From Propioniciclava sp. (GTDB lineage: Bacteria; Actinomycetota; Actinomycetes; Propionibacteriales; Propionibacteriaceae): a stretch of DNA of 64,000 bases. The stretch lies in assembly GCF_047602245.1 (NCBI RefSeq), contig NZ_JASGHT010000001.1, positions 1,463,896 to 1,527,895 of the forward strand. The letters run 5' to 3'. Position 1 is the stretch's first letter; each line of letters begins with the position of its first letter. Both the position numbers and the translations under genes were made by a program. The notes beneath the pieces were generated by a model. That model worked only from the letters and a program-made list of their open reading frames with translations, made no database searches and had not been told where the DNA came from. This document shows positions 9,715 to 18,891 of this stretch, one piece after another.

Positions 9715-10200
9715 ATGCCCGTCACCCACGTCACCCACGATCTCGACTCCCGCACCCTGACCATCGTCGCCGACTTCGCCGCCCCGGTGGAGCGCGTCTG
9801 GCAGGTCTATGCGGACGCCGCCCAGCTCGCCCAGGTCTGGGGGCCGCCCACCTACCCGGCCACCTTCGTCCGTCACGAACTCACCCCCGGCGGCGAGATG
9901 CACTACTTCATGACCTCGCCCGAGGGTGAGCGCTTCTACGGCCTGTGGCGGGTGCTCACCGTCGACGAGCCGCACCAGTTCACCTTCGAGGACGCCTTCG
10001 CCGACGAGAACTTCGCGGTCGCCGAGACCCTGCCCGTCTCGCACAACACCTACGCCTTCGCCGAACACGAGGGCGGCACCCGGGCCACCTACACCGGCGT
10101 CTACCCCAGCGCCGAGGCGCTGCAGCAAGTGCTCGAGATGGGCATGGTCGAGGGCGCGACCCTCTCCCTCAACCAGATCGACGCACTGCTCGCCGGCTGA
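9715..10200 (+). CDS. SRPBCC (AHSA1/START-like) domain protein, paralog
   Basis: 161 aa, clearly paralogous to 8735..9220 along its full length; GAAGGAG RBS upstream. Confidence 0.85.
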   Translation: MPVTHVTHDLDSRTLTIVADFAAPVERVWQVYADAAQLAQVWGPPTYPATFVRHELTPGGEMHYFMTSPEGERFYGLWRVLTVDEPHQFTFEDAFADENFAVAETLPVSHNTYAFAEHEGGTRATYTGVYPSAEALQQVLEMGMVEGATLSLNQIDALLAG

Positions 10201-10247
10201 CCGCGCACCGCCTCCCCGGAGGGCTTCGGACACTCTGTCGGGGAGAG

Positions 10248-11423
10248 TCAGCTCGCGCGGTCCTGACCGTAGATCATCTGGCGTTCCAGTGCGGACTGGA
10301 CGTAGTCGACGAAGATCCGCGCCACCACCTCGGCACGGCTGTTCACACCGCACTTGGTGATGATGGCCTTCACGTGGTCGCGCACCGTGTGCAAGGACAG
10401 GCCCAGTTCGGCCGCGATCTCCTTGTCGGCCAGGCCTCGCGACAGCCGCTGCGCGATGTGCGCCTCGCGCGCGGTCAGCCCGAAACTCGCCATGGCGACC
10501 GGGATCAGGTCCGAGGCCCGCGCCGGTTCGATGCTGAGCGCCACCAGGTCGTCGCCTTCGGTCCGGGCCGCGCTGATCCTGAACCATGCCCCGGACGCCG
10601 ACCGCATCCGGGTGATCACCGCCTCGCCGGACGCGGCCGCCCGCGCCCGCGCGACCAGCCCACCGAGCATGCCCGGCACGCGCTCGTCCCCCTCCGCCTC
10701 GAACGGGGACGAGCGCCTGATATCGGCCAGCAGGCCTCGGGCGTCCGTCGTCGCGTGCACCAACCGGCCGGCGGAGTCGACGATCGCGATGCCCGAACCG
10801 ACCCCCGCCTCCGCCCCGCGGCTGACGGCCTGCTGAAGCATGCCGGCGACCGGACGGACCAGCGCGTGAACGCGCGCGAGTTCGGCGGGCTCGAACGGCC
10901 GGTCACGAAGAATGTGGACGAAGGCGCGGCAGTGCTCACCGGTGCGGAAGGCGACACGAAGCTCGTCGACGAACAGCGCGGGACGGAAGATATCGAGATA
11001 GCGCCGCGCCAGCCGGTCCGCGCTCTCATCGGCACCGGCTTCGGACGCCTCGGTGATCGCGGTGACGTCCGGCGGCAGGTCCGGGCATGACCGTCCGCCC
11101 TGCTGCCGCGCATGCGAGCGGGCAGCCTCGATCAGCGTGCGCACAGGGACGTCCGCCCGGGCTAGATCGACGAACTTGTTGAGCCCGGTCTCGGCAAACT
11201 CCGCGGCCCAGAAACCCTGGCACGCGTCTGCGGAAATGCCCTCCACCAGCCCGGCGATCGGCAGCAGGGTGGTCGGATCGACGACCAGCAGTGCGGCGCT
11301 ATCGAACCGGACCGCCTCGTGCAACATCGCCATGGATGCGCGCAGCGCCTCCGCGAGATCGGGCATGCCTGAGTTATCGCCCCGGCGCGAGCGCGGGCCG
11401 GTCCACCCGGCAGGTCCCCCCAT
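10248..11423 (-). CDS. LuxR family transcriptional regulator (GAF-like N-terminus)
   Basis: C-terminal LTAREAHIAQRLSRGLADKEIAAELGLSLHTVRDHVKAI is a LuxR/GerE HTH. Alternative start at 11366. Confidence 0.8.
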   Translation of the reverse strand: MGGPAGWTGPRSRRGDNSGMPDLAEALRASMAMLHEAVRFDSAALLVVDPTTLLPIAGLVEGISADACQGFWAAEFAETGLNKFVDLARADVPVRTLIEAARSHARQQGGRSCPDLPPDVTAITEASEAGADESADRLARRYLDIFRPALFVDELRVAFRTGEHCRAFVHILRDRPFEPAELARVHALVRPVAGMLQQAVSRGAEAGVGSGIAIVDSAGRLVHATTDARGLLADIRRSSPFEAEGDERVPGMLGGLVARARAAASGEAVITRMRSASGAWFRISAARTEGDDLVALSIEPARASDLIPVAMASFGLTAREAHIAQRLSRGLADKEIAAELGLSLHTVRDHVKAIITKCGVNSRAEVVARIFVDYVQSALERQMIYGQDRAS

Positions 11424-11551
11424 GCGCCCACAATAGGCGGACGCGCCGGGTCCCGAACAGGGGGTCAGCGCCGAACCGGGTCGGCGTCCGGCCTACTCAG
11501 AGCGGGCGCAGCGCCGCGCGAGGCCGTCGACGAGCCGGGGCTATCAGCCGA

Positions 11552-12775
11552 TCAGAGCGGGTCGCGTTCGATCGGGCAGGACATGCAGCGGGGGCCGCCG
11601 CGTCCGCGCCCGAGCTCGGAACCCGGCACCTCGATCACCTCGATGCCGCCGGCGCGCAGATCGGCGATGGAGGCCTGGTTACGCTCGTACCCGATCACCG
11701 TGCCGGGCGCGACCGCGAGGACATTGCAGCCGTCGTGCCATTGGTCGCGCTCGCGGGCGAAGTAGTCCTGCTGGGTGGACAGGATGCGCACCGAGTCGAT
11801 GCCCAAAGCGACGGCGAGGCTGGAGGCCAGGTCGCCGTCGAGCCGGGTCGTGCGCAGCGGCAGATCCATGTCGCCGGGCTCGATCAGGTAGCACTCGGGC
11901 TGGGGCAGGTCGGCGTACAGCAGGAACGACTCCGGGTCGACCATGGTGAGCACGGTGTCGAGGTGCATGAACGCGCGGCGCGCGGGCAGCCGCACGGCGA
12001 CGATCCGCTTGAGGGCGTTGTCGGCGAACAGGCGCAGCGCGAGCCGCTCGATCGCCTGCGGCGTGGTCCGCTCGGAGATGCCGACGAGTAGGGCGTCCGG
12101 CGAGATGACCAACACGTCGCCACCCTCGATGGTGGCGTTACCGGTCTCCAGATCCTCAGACCACACCCGGTGCCCGGTGCCGGCGAACAGCGGATGCCAG
12201 CGCAGGATCGCGCGATAGTTGACGGCCTCGCGGCGGCGGGCGAAGTGCTTCATCGAGTTCACCGAGACGCCGTCGCCGATCCAGCAGGTCGCGTCGCGGG
12301 TGAACAGGTGGTTGGTCAGCGGCGTCACCAAGAAGTCGTAGGGGTGCGCGATGCCGAACACCACCGACTGCGGGACCGGCATGCGGTCGAGCGCCTCCTG
12401 CTTGGTGAGGCCGCCGACGAGCACGTTGTACAGCTCATCGACCTCGGCGTGGGCCAGGTGAGACTGCAGCGCCTCGGCGAGGGCCGGGCCGAAGGTCCGG
12501 TCGTCGAAGGTCTGGCCGAGGACCCAGCCGCGGGCACCCGTGCTGGTCAGCGTCTCGCGCAGCAGCTGGTCGAAGTAGAGCACCTCGGCGCCCGCGCCCC
12601 GCAGCGCGTCCGCGAAGGCGTCGTGCTCCTCGTCGGCACGTTCCAGCCAGAGGCTGTCGTCGAAGAGCAACTCCTCGGAGTTGCTGGGCGTCAGCCGGGC
12701 GAGCTCAATGCCCGGACGATGCACGATCACACGGCGCAGTTGGCCGACTTCGGAGGTCACAGAGAGGCGTGGCAC
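11552..12775 (-). CDS. arcA: arginine deiminase
   Basis: 407 aa; SEVGQLRRVIVHRPG N-terminus and a catalytic Cys near the C-terminus (GGPRCMSCPI). Confidence 0.93.
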   Translation of the reverse strand: MPRLSVTSEVGQLRRVIVHRPGIELARLTPSNSEELLFDDSLWLERADEEHDAFADALRGAGAEVLYFDQLLRETLTSTGARGWVLGQTFDDRTFGPALAEALQSHLAHAEVDELYNVLVGGLTKQEALDRMPVPQSVVFGIAHPYDFLVTPLTNHLFTRDATCWIGDGVSVNSMKHFARRREAVNYRAILRWHPLFAGTGHRVWSEDLETGNATIEGGDVLVISPDALLVGISERTTPQAIERLALRLFADNALKRIVAVRLPARRAFMHLDTVLTMVDPESFLLYADLPQPECYLIEPGDMDLPLRTTRLDGDLASSLAVALGIDSVRILSTQQDYFARERDQWHDGCNVLAVAPGTVIGYERNQASIADLRAGGIEVIEVPGSELGRGRGGPRCMSCPIERDPL

Positions 12776-12807
12776 ATCGGCACCCTATCCGAACCTGCGC
12801 GGGTGTC

Positions 12808-12899
12808 GATGGTCGAAATCTATGTCCAGTTCGAGGGGGCATCTCCGCGACAAGGGGAAACGCGCGCAGGGTCACATCTGGACATAGATTTCGACCATC
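12808..12899. repeat. 92-bp hairpin element, copy 1 (22-bp perfect inverted arms, 48-nt core)
   Basis: GATGGTCGAAATCTATGTCCAG ... CTGGACATAGATTTCGACCATC. A second copy lies at 48613..48700. Confidence 0.85.
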
Positions 12900-12969
12900 T
12901 CAGAGCGGCGACGATCCCCTTCGGAGTCGCGAAACGGCCCCACCCGAGGCCCCAGGCGGCGCGAGCCGG

Positions 12970-14736
12970 TCAGGAACGGCGCTGCCAGTCGCGGATCATC
13001 GCGATCCGGGCATCCACCTGCTCGGTGGTGGCTTGGGCGAGCGCCGGCCCGCCGCACTGGCGGCGCAGTTCGGCGTGCACGTGGCTGTGCGGCATGCCCT
13101 TCACCCGGGCGTACTGCGACACCAGCGAGTTGAGCTCCTTGCGGCGAGCGGCCAGCGCGCGGTGCAACGAGGCCTCGGGGGTGAGCTTCTCGCGCTTATC
13201 GGCGCGGGCATGCCGGTTGATCTGCCGGTTCTGCCGCTCGCGCAGCAGGTGGGTGATCTGTTCGGTGTCGAGCAGCCCGGGCAAGCCGAGATAGTCAGCC
13301 TCATCGTCGGAGGTGGGCACGGCATGCATGCCGAACTGCTGCGATTCGAACAGCACGTGGTCGAAGGTGGCCGCCGAGTCGATCGCCTCGAAGGCGCCCA
13401 TCAACTCATCGGAGGCCGCCTCGCGCCGGTTCGCCGCCTCAATCAGTGCCTCCGCCTCGGCCCAGACGTCGATCACCTCGTCGCCGGCCTTGCGGCCGAG
13501 GATGTGGTCGCGCTGCCGCTCCAGCGATGAGGCGTGCGCCAGGATGATCGGCACCGTCGGCAGGAATACCGTCGCCACCTCGCCGCGGCGCCGGGTGCGC
13601 ACGAAGCGGCCGACCGCCTGAGCGAAGAACAGCGGGGTCGACGTGGCGGTCGCGTACACACCCACCGCCAGCCGCGGCACGTCGACTCCCTCCGACACCA
13701 TGCGCACCGCCACCATCCAGCGGTCCTCGGATTCGGCGAACGCATCGATCCGTCCGCTCGACCCAGCGTCGTCGGAGAGCACCAGCGTGGGCTTCGTTCC
13801 GGTGATCGACTCCAGCAGCCGCGCGTAGGCGCGGGCATGGGTCTGGTTGGTGGCGATCACCAGACCGCCGGCGTCGTGCACGTGGCGGCGCACCTCGGTC
13901 AGCCGGCGGTCGGCCGCGCGCAGCACGGCGGCGATCCACTCCCCCTTCGGGTCGAGCGCGGTGCGCCACGCCTGCTGGGAGACGTCCTTGGTGGTCAGCT
14001 CGCCCAGGTTGGCCTCGATCGTGTCGCCGGACTTGGTGCGCCAGCGCATCGGCCCGCCGTAGTTCATGAACACGACCGGGCGCACCACGTGGTCGCGCAG
14101 CGCGTCGGCGTAGCCGTAGGTGTAGTCGGCCCGCGAGATCAGGCCGCCGCCGGGCGCCTCGGTGTAGGTGACGAACGGGATCGGGTTGTCATCGGACCGG
14201 AAGGGCGTACCGGTCAGCGCGAGCCGCCGGGTCGCGTACTGGAACGCCTCGCGCACCGCGTCGCCCCACGACAGCGCATCACCGGCGTGATGCACCTCAT
14301 CGAGAATCACCAGCGTCTCGGAGTTGGCCGTCATCGTCTGGTAGCTGAGCATGGCGGCGGCCACACCCGCGTAGGTGACCGCCACCCCGTTGAACTGCCG
14401 GGACCGCCCGCGGCGGCGTCCGCCCAAGCCGGGGTCGAGCTGGATGCCGACCTTGGCGGCGGCGTCCGCCCACTGCACCTTGAGGTGCTCGGTGGGGGCG
14501 ACCACGATCACCCGGCGCACGATCCGGGCGGCGAGCAGTTCGGAGGCCACCCGGAGCGCGAACGTCGTTTTGCCCGCACCCGGGGTCGCGACCGCGAGGA
14601 AATCCCGCGGCGCGGTGCTCAGGTACAGCTCGAGCGCCTCGGCCTGCCAGGCCCGCAGCCGCGCCGAGGTGCCCCAGGGAGCGCGCTGCGGGAAGGCCGG
14701 GCTGATCCGGTCGAACGCAGAGGAGGTGGGCGACAT
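12970..14736 (-). CDS. superfamily 2 DEAD/DEAH-box helicase (XPB/Ssl2- or type III res-like)
   Basis: Walker A TPGAGKT, DEVHH box, helicase C-terminal motifs, and an unassigned basic tail of about 110 aa. Confidence 0.85.
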   Translation of the reverse strand: MSPTSSAFDRISPAFPQRAPWGTSARLRAWQAEALELYLSTAPRDFLAVATPGAGKTTFALRVASELLAARIVRRVIVVAPTEHLKVQWADAAAKVGIQLDPGLGGRRRGRSRQFNGVAVTYAGVAAAMLSYQTMTANSETLVILDEVHHAGDALSWGDAVREAFQYATRRLALTGTPFRSDDNPIPFVTYTEAPGGGLISRADYTYGYADALRDHVVRPVVFMNYGGPMRWRTKSGDTIEANLGELTTKDVSQQAWRTALDPKGEWIAAVLRAADRRLTEVRRHVHDAGGLVIATNQTHARAYARLLESITGTKPTLVLSDDAGSSGRIDAFAESEDRWMVAVRMVSEGVDVPRLAVGVYATATSTPLFFAQAVGRFVRTRRRGEVATVFLPTVPIILAHASSLERQRDHILGRKAGDEVIDVWAEAEALIEAANRREAASDELMGAFEAIDSAATFDHVLFESQQFGMHAVPTSDDEADYLGLPGLLDTEQITHLLRERQNRQINRHARADKREKLTPEASLHRALAARRKELNSLVSQYARVKGMPHSHVHAELRRQCGGPALAQATTEQVDARIAMIRDWQRRS

Positions 14737-14824
14737 AGGCCCACGACCCTAGCTCGCCGCCGAGGTCGCCCCGGGCTGCCGGACGCCGCGTGTCGCGTCC
14801 TCGCCGATGCGCTAGGGCGCCGGA

Positions 14825-15430
14825 TCAGAACCCGACGAGCAACTCCTGCATGAGGGTGATCTCGGTCTTCTGGGTGCGCACGACGTCCTCGGCAAGCTGC
14901 TTGACGCGCGGGTCGGAGCCTGTCGCCAGCACGCTCTCGGCCATGGCGACGGCACCCTCGTGATGGGCGATCATGCCCTCGAGGAACAGCTTCGTCGCGG
15001 CCAGCGTGTCGGCGTCCTGCAACGCCTTGAGACCAGCGGCATCCAGCATGCCGTGGGAGGGGTCGTGCGCCGCATGGGCGCCCACTTCGGGCTGGCCCCA
15101 CTCCTTGAGCCAGCCGCGCATCCGGTCGATCTCGGGCTGCTGGGCGTCCTTGATCGCGGTGGCGAGTTCCTTGATCTCGGTCGACAGGCCCGGCTTGCCC
15201 AGCAGGATGTCGCTCATCTGCACCGCCTGTTCGTGATGGCCGATCATCTGCTGCGCGAACGTGACATCGGCGGGAGAGGCCGCGACCGTTGCGGCCGCCG
15301 ACGCGGCCGGAGAGCCGGCCGGGGTCGAGGTCGCGGGCGCGCCCGAGCAGCCCGCCAGAACGATGGCGGTCACGGGAACCAGCCAGAGCGAACGCAGCGC
15401 GCGGCTCGGAGAGGTCAGGGGGTGATTCAT
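14825..15430 (-). CDS. DUF305 family lipoprotein
   Basis: Lipobox LAGC; duplicated HHEQAV / HHEGAV helices typical of DUF305. Confidence 0.8.
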   Translation of the reverse strand: MNHPLTSPSRALRSLWLVPVTAIVLAGCSGAPATSTPAGSPAASAAATVAASPADVTFAQQMIGHHEQAVQMSDILLGKPGLSTEIKELATAIKDAQQPEIDRMRGWLKEWGQPEVGAHAAHDPSHGMLDAAGLKALQDADTLAATKLFLEGMIAHHEGAVAMAESVLATGSDPRVKQLAEDVVRTQKTEITLMQELLVGF

Positions 15431-15441
15431 CGGTTACTCCT

Positions 15442-15933
15442 TCATGGTCGGGTCAAGTGCTCGTGGAGCGCATCGAGCAGGGGGACCTGCCCGAGAGTCA
15501 GTTTCGTGCGAGCCTCGTCGAGAGAGAACCATCCCGCGCGGTCAACCTCGGGATAGGTGCGGTAGCGTCCCGAGCGGCGCGGCCATTCGACCTCGAACGT
15601 GTTCGAGGCGACGAACGCCAGATCGGGTGAGGCCTCCACCGCGAAGCCGTGCACCCGTTTGCCCGAACTGAGCCGCACCTCGCCCAGGTCGATCAGCTCA
15701 CCTTCGGGCGCCGGCACCCCCACCTCTTCGCCGAACTCACGGCGTGCGGCGTCCTCGGGAGCCTCGTCGCCCGGGATGTACATGCCCTTGGCAAGCGACC
15801 ACCCACCCCGGTCGCGGTGCCCCCAGAACGGCCCACCCATGTGCACGATGAACACCTGGACGCCTGCGTCCCCGACGGTGAACGGCAGGAGTCCGGCGCT
15901 GTAGAGGGGCATGGGGTCCATCGTGCCACTCAC
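15442..15933 (-). CDS. NUDIX hydrolase
   Basis: Nudix box GMYIPGDEAPEDAARREFGEEVGV. Confidence 0.8.
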   Translation of the reverse strand: MSGTMDPMPLYSAGLLPFTVGDAGVQVFIVHMGGPFWGHRDRGGWSLAKGMYIPGDEAPEDAARREFGEEVGVPAPEGELIDLGEVRLSSGKRVHGFAVEASPDLAFVASNTFEVEWPRRSGRYRTYPEVDRAGWFSLDEARTKLTLGQVPLLDALHEHLTRP

Positions 15934-15983
15934 GCGCGAGGCGCCGCTGCCTCTGGACGCCCCGGCGTCCGGGCTGACACAGT

Positions 15984-16178
15984 GTGGTCATGACTGATTC
16001 AAGCGGCGATGCAGGCAAGGCAGTCGATCCGAAGGAGCAGATGAAGGCTGCTCTGGAGGCCAAGAAGAACGCGCACCACGGCAGCGCCCAAGGCGCGAAC
16101 GGGGGCGGCAAGAACGCGGGCGGGCCGCACGGCCAGCAGGGCGGCAAGCGGACGTTCCGCCGTAAGTCCGGCGGATAG
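15984..16178 (+). CDS. small conserved actinobacterial protein (DUF5302-like)
   Basis: 64 aa, Gly/Lys-rich, C-terminal KRTFRRKSGG; stop lies 2 nt before the ald start. Confidence 0.6.
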   Translation: MVMTDSSGDAGKAVDPKEQMKAALEAKKNAHHGSAQGANGGGKNAGGPHGQQGGKRTFRRKSGG

Positions 16179-16180
16179 CG

Positions 16181-17290
16181 ATGAGAATCGCGGTCCCCAC
16201 GGAGGTCAAGCCCCAGGAGTACCGCGTCGCGATCACGCCGGTCGGCGTCGATGAGTTGACCCGGGCCGGGCATCAAGTGTTCGTGCAATCCCGCGCGGGG
16301 GTGGGGTCGTCGATCGCCGACGAGGACTACCGCGCGGCGGGAGCGACCATCGTCGAGGGCGCCGAGGCGACCTGGGCGTCCGGCGAGATGGTGCTCAAGG
16401 TGAAGGAACCCATCGCGGCCGAGTACGGGTTCCTGCGCGAGGATCTACTGCTGTTCACCTACCTGCACCTCGCCGCGGACCGGCCGCAGACCGAGGCGCT
16501 GCTGGACGCCGGAACCACCGCGATCGCCTACGAGACGGTCCGGCTGCCCTCGGGCATGCTGCCGCTGCTCTACCCGATGTCGGAGGTCGTCGGCTGTCTC
16601 GCCCCACTGGCCGGCGCGCAGGCGCTGATGAAGGCGCACGGCGGACGCGGCGTCCTGCTCGGCGGGGTGGCGGGGGTGGCCAACGCGAAGGTGGTGATTC
16701 TCGGCGGTGGCGTCGCCGGCCAGAACGCGGCCAACGTCGCCGTGGGCATGTGCGCCGACGTCACCATCATCGACAAGGACCTCGCCAAGGTGCGCGAGGT
16801 GTCCTGGCGCTGGGGCAACCGGATTCAGGCACTGGCGTCGAACGCGATGACGATCCGCGAGCAGGTGCTGGCCGCCGACCTGGTGATCGGCACCGTGCTG
16901 GTGCCTGGCTCGAAGGCTCCCAAGCTGGTCACCAACGAGATGGTGGCGCAGATGAAACCCGGATCGGTGCTCGTCGATGTCGCGATCGACCAGGGCGGAT
17001 GCTTCGAGGACTCCCACCCCACCACGCACGAGCACCCCACCTTCCCGGTGCACGATTCGGTGTTCTACTGCGTGGCGAATATGCCCGGCGCAGTGCCGCA
17101 CACCTCCACCTGGGCGCTCACCAACGCGACCCTGCCCTACGTCGAGAAGCTGGCCGCGCTCGGCTGGCGGCAAGCGATCGAGACGGACGCCGCCCTGCGC
17201 CTGGGTCTCAACGTGCAGGACGAACGGCTCCGCCACGAGGGCGTGGCCCGCGCCTTCAGCGACCTGCCCTACCAGGAGTACGCCGGCTGA
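16181..17290 (+). CDS. ald: alanine dehydrogenase
   Basis: MRIAVPTEVKPQEYRVAITP N-terminus and NAD motif ILGGGVAGQNAA. Confidence 0.93.
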   Translation: MRIAVPTEVKPQEYRVAITPVGVDELTRAGHQVFVQSRAGVGSSIADEDYRAAGATIVEGAEATWASGEMVLKVKEPIAAEYGFLREDLLLFTYLHLAADRPQTEALLDAGTTAIAYETVRLPSGMLPLLYPMSEVVGCLAPLAGAQALMKAHGGRGVLLGGVAGVANAKVVILGGGVAGQNAANVAVGMCADVTIIDKDLAKVREVSWRWGNRIQALASNAMTIREQVLAADLVIGTVLVPGSKAPKLVTNEMVAQMKPGSVLVDVAIDQGGCFEDSHPTTHEHPTFPVHDSVFYCVANMPGAVPHTSTWALTNATLPYVEKLAALGWRQAIETDAALRLGLNVQDERLRHEGVARAFSDLPYQEYAG

Positions 17291-17332
17291 GTCCTCTGAC
17301 GACGGCGGCGTTCTCAGACGGCGGCGGCGTTC

Positions 17333-17866
17333 TCAGACGGCGGCGGCGTCCGCGATGGCGGCCAGCGTGGCCGGCATGGTCTCGGCGATCGCGCGACCGC
17401 ACAGACGGTCCCACACCTTGGCGCTCGGGCCCTTGACCGAGACGGCCTGGGTGAGCACCCACACGTTCGAGGCGGCTGTCCCGGCGTCGGTGTCGTCCCG
17501 GTTCGCTTCGTCGCCCGCGGGCGCCTCAAAGGCCCGCGCGGCGGGCGTCCCCGCGTCCGCTCCACCGGACTCCTCCGCCTCGGCTGGTTCGGGGCGGGTC
17601 AGGGTGAAGTCGACGGTGAGGTAGGCGAACAGCAGCGCGAACCGGATCGAAAAGCGCCGATTCTGCTCGACCTCGGTGACCCGGAACCCCTGGCGGCGTC
17701 CGCCCACGGGGTACACGATGCCGCCGGCACCCTTGGCGACCGGGCCGTTGAGCTGCGCCTTGGCGACATAGGGGCTATCGAGGGCCCATCGTTCGGGGTT
17801 GGTGAAGTGCTCCCACACGATCCTGGGATCCACCGAAGCCGTCACCGAGTGACTGCGCACCTTCAT
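17333..17866 (-). CDS. SRPBCC/polyketide cyclase-like protein with acidic low-complexity insert
   Basis: MKVRSHSVTASVDPRIVWEHFTNPERW START-like N-terminus. Confidence 0.55.
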   Translation of the reverse strand: MKVRSHSVTASVDPRIVWEHFTNPERWALDSPYVAKAQLNGPVAKGAGGIVYPVGGRRQGFRVTEVEQNRRFSIRFALLFAYLTVDFTLTRPEPAEAEESGGADAGTPAARAFEAPAGDEANRDDTDAGTAASNVWVLTQAVSVKGPSAKVWDRLCGRAIAETMPATLAAIADAAAV

Positions 17867-18094
17867 TGACCTTCTCCCGTTGCCTGGCACAGACGCCCCA
17901 TTGTGCGCCACAAACACCACCCACCGCCGACCATCCAGAGGATGGGCGCGGATCCAAGACTCCCCTGGTCGTGGCGTTCACCGGCACCCACTCCTGCGCC
18001 TGGGCCTGGGCCTGGGCAGCATGGCCCGATCCCGGCGTCCGCCACGACTAAGATCGTGACGACCGCACACGCTGCGGCAGTGGGGAGAACGCGC

Positions 18095-18559
18095 ATGATT
18101 CTGACGGTGGTCCTGTTGTTCGTCGTACTGCCCCTCGCCGCCTACGCGATCGTCTGGGCGGTCATCTCGGTCGCGGCCGGCCGGCGCTGGGGCACCCGAG
18201 GGCGCGTGATCACAGCGGCCATCTTCATTCCCGGGATCTTCGTCGTCGTGATCGCACCGTTCTGGTGGGCGACGATGACCAGCGAGGACGACTATGGGGC
18301 GCCGCCGATCGGCCGGATCGCCTTGCCCTCCTCGGCGCAGATCACCGCGAGCGGCTCCGACTGCGCCAGCGGAGGCTGCTGGGCAGCGGTGTCGCTCAGC
18401 CCGAGCGAGGGTGCCTCACGCGAGCAGATGATGCGTGACCTCGAGAAAACCGAGCGGTGCACGGCTGGCAGCCTGTTCGACCCCCGAGCGGTGTGCTGGG
18501 AGCACGCCCCCGGCAGCACGGCACATGATCTGATCGCCCGCTACCAGCGTCCGTGGTAG
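18095..18559 (+). CDS. hypothetical membrane protein
   Basis: Internal ATG followed by 3 TM helices; the upstream Pro-rich part of the track ORF is unlikely to be coding. Confidence 0.45.
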   Translation: MILTVVLLFVVLPLAAYAIVWAVISVAAGRRWGTRGRVITAAIFIPGIFVVVIAPFWWATMTSEDDYGAPPIGRIALPSSAQITASGSDCASGGCWAAVSLSPSEGASREQMMRDLEKTERCTAGSLFDPRAVCWEHAPGSTAHDLIARYQRPW

Positions 18560-18689
18560 GTGGTTGGCGACCGTCTTGCCTGATCGTTCCAGGCCTCACC
18601 GGTGGCCTCAACCGGCTCACGAGAGCCGGCTCTCCGGGCGTCCCTCCTGCCTGATCGCGGACGCTTCAGGTCGCGGTCGTCCCTCTACG

Positions 18690-18715
18690 CAAGAAACCCG
18701 GCCATAGGCCGGGTT
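18690..18715 (-). terminator. intrinsic terminator of the original tRNA-Arg gene
   Basis: Minus strand reads AACCCGGCC-TAT-GGCCGGGTT followed by TCTT, directly downstream of the displaced tRNA 3' fragment. Confidence 0.6.
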
Positions 18716-18733
18716 CTCATCGGTGACACATTG

Positions 18734-18768
18734 GCGCGCTCGGAGGGACTCGAACCCCCAACCTGCTG
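18734..18768 (-). repeat. attL core: displaced 3' part of tRNA-Arg (35 bp identical to 34898..34932)
   Basis: Exact 35-bp direct repeat. This copy continues into an encoded CCA (positions 18732-18734). Confidence 0.9.
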
Positions 18769-18891
18769 GTTGGGAGTGCCAGGAGACGCTTCCGTTCGTC
18801 GCCGTCGACGGCGACGTCGGCGATTTTGGCGTGCTGACAACGTCTGATGATGGCGTGGTGGTGCCGTTCCCGCGGCGGTGGGTGTCATGAA

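Noticed and set aside
12808-12899. ArgR (ARG box) or other operator upstream of arcA
   Set aside because: The arms are 22 bp and separated by 48 nt, which is far too long for a dimeric operator. The same element recurs at an unrelated locus (eutC/DUF885).
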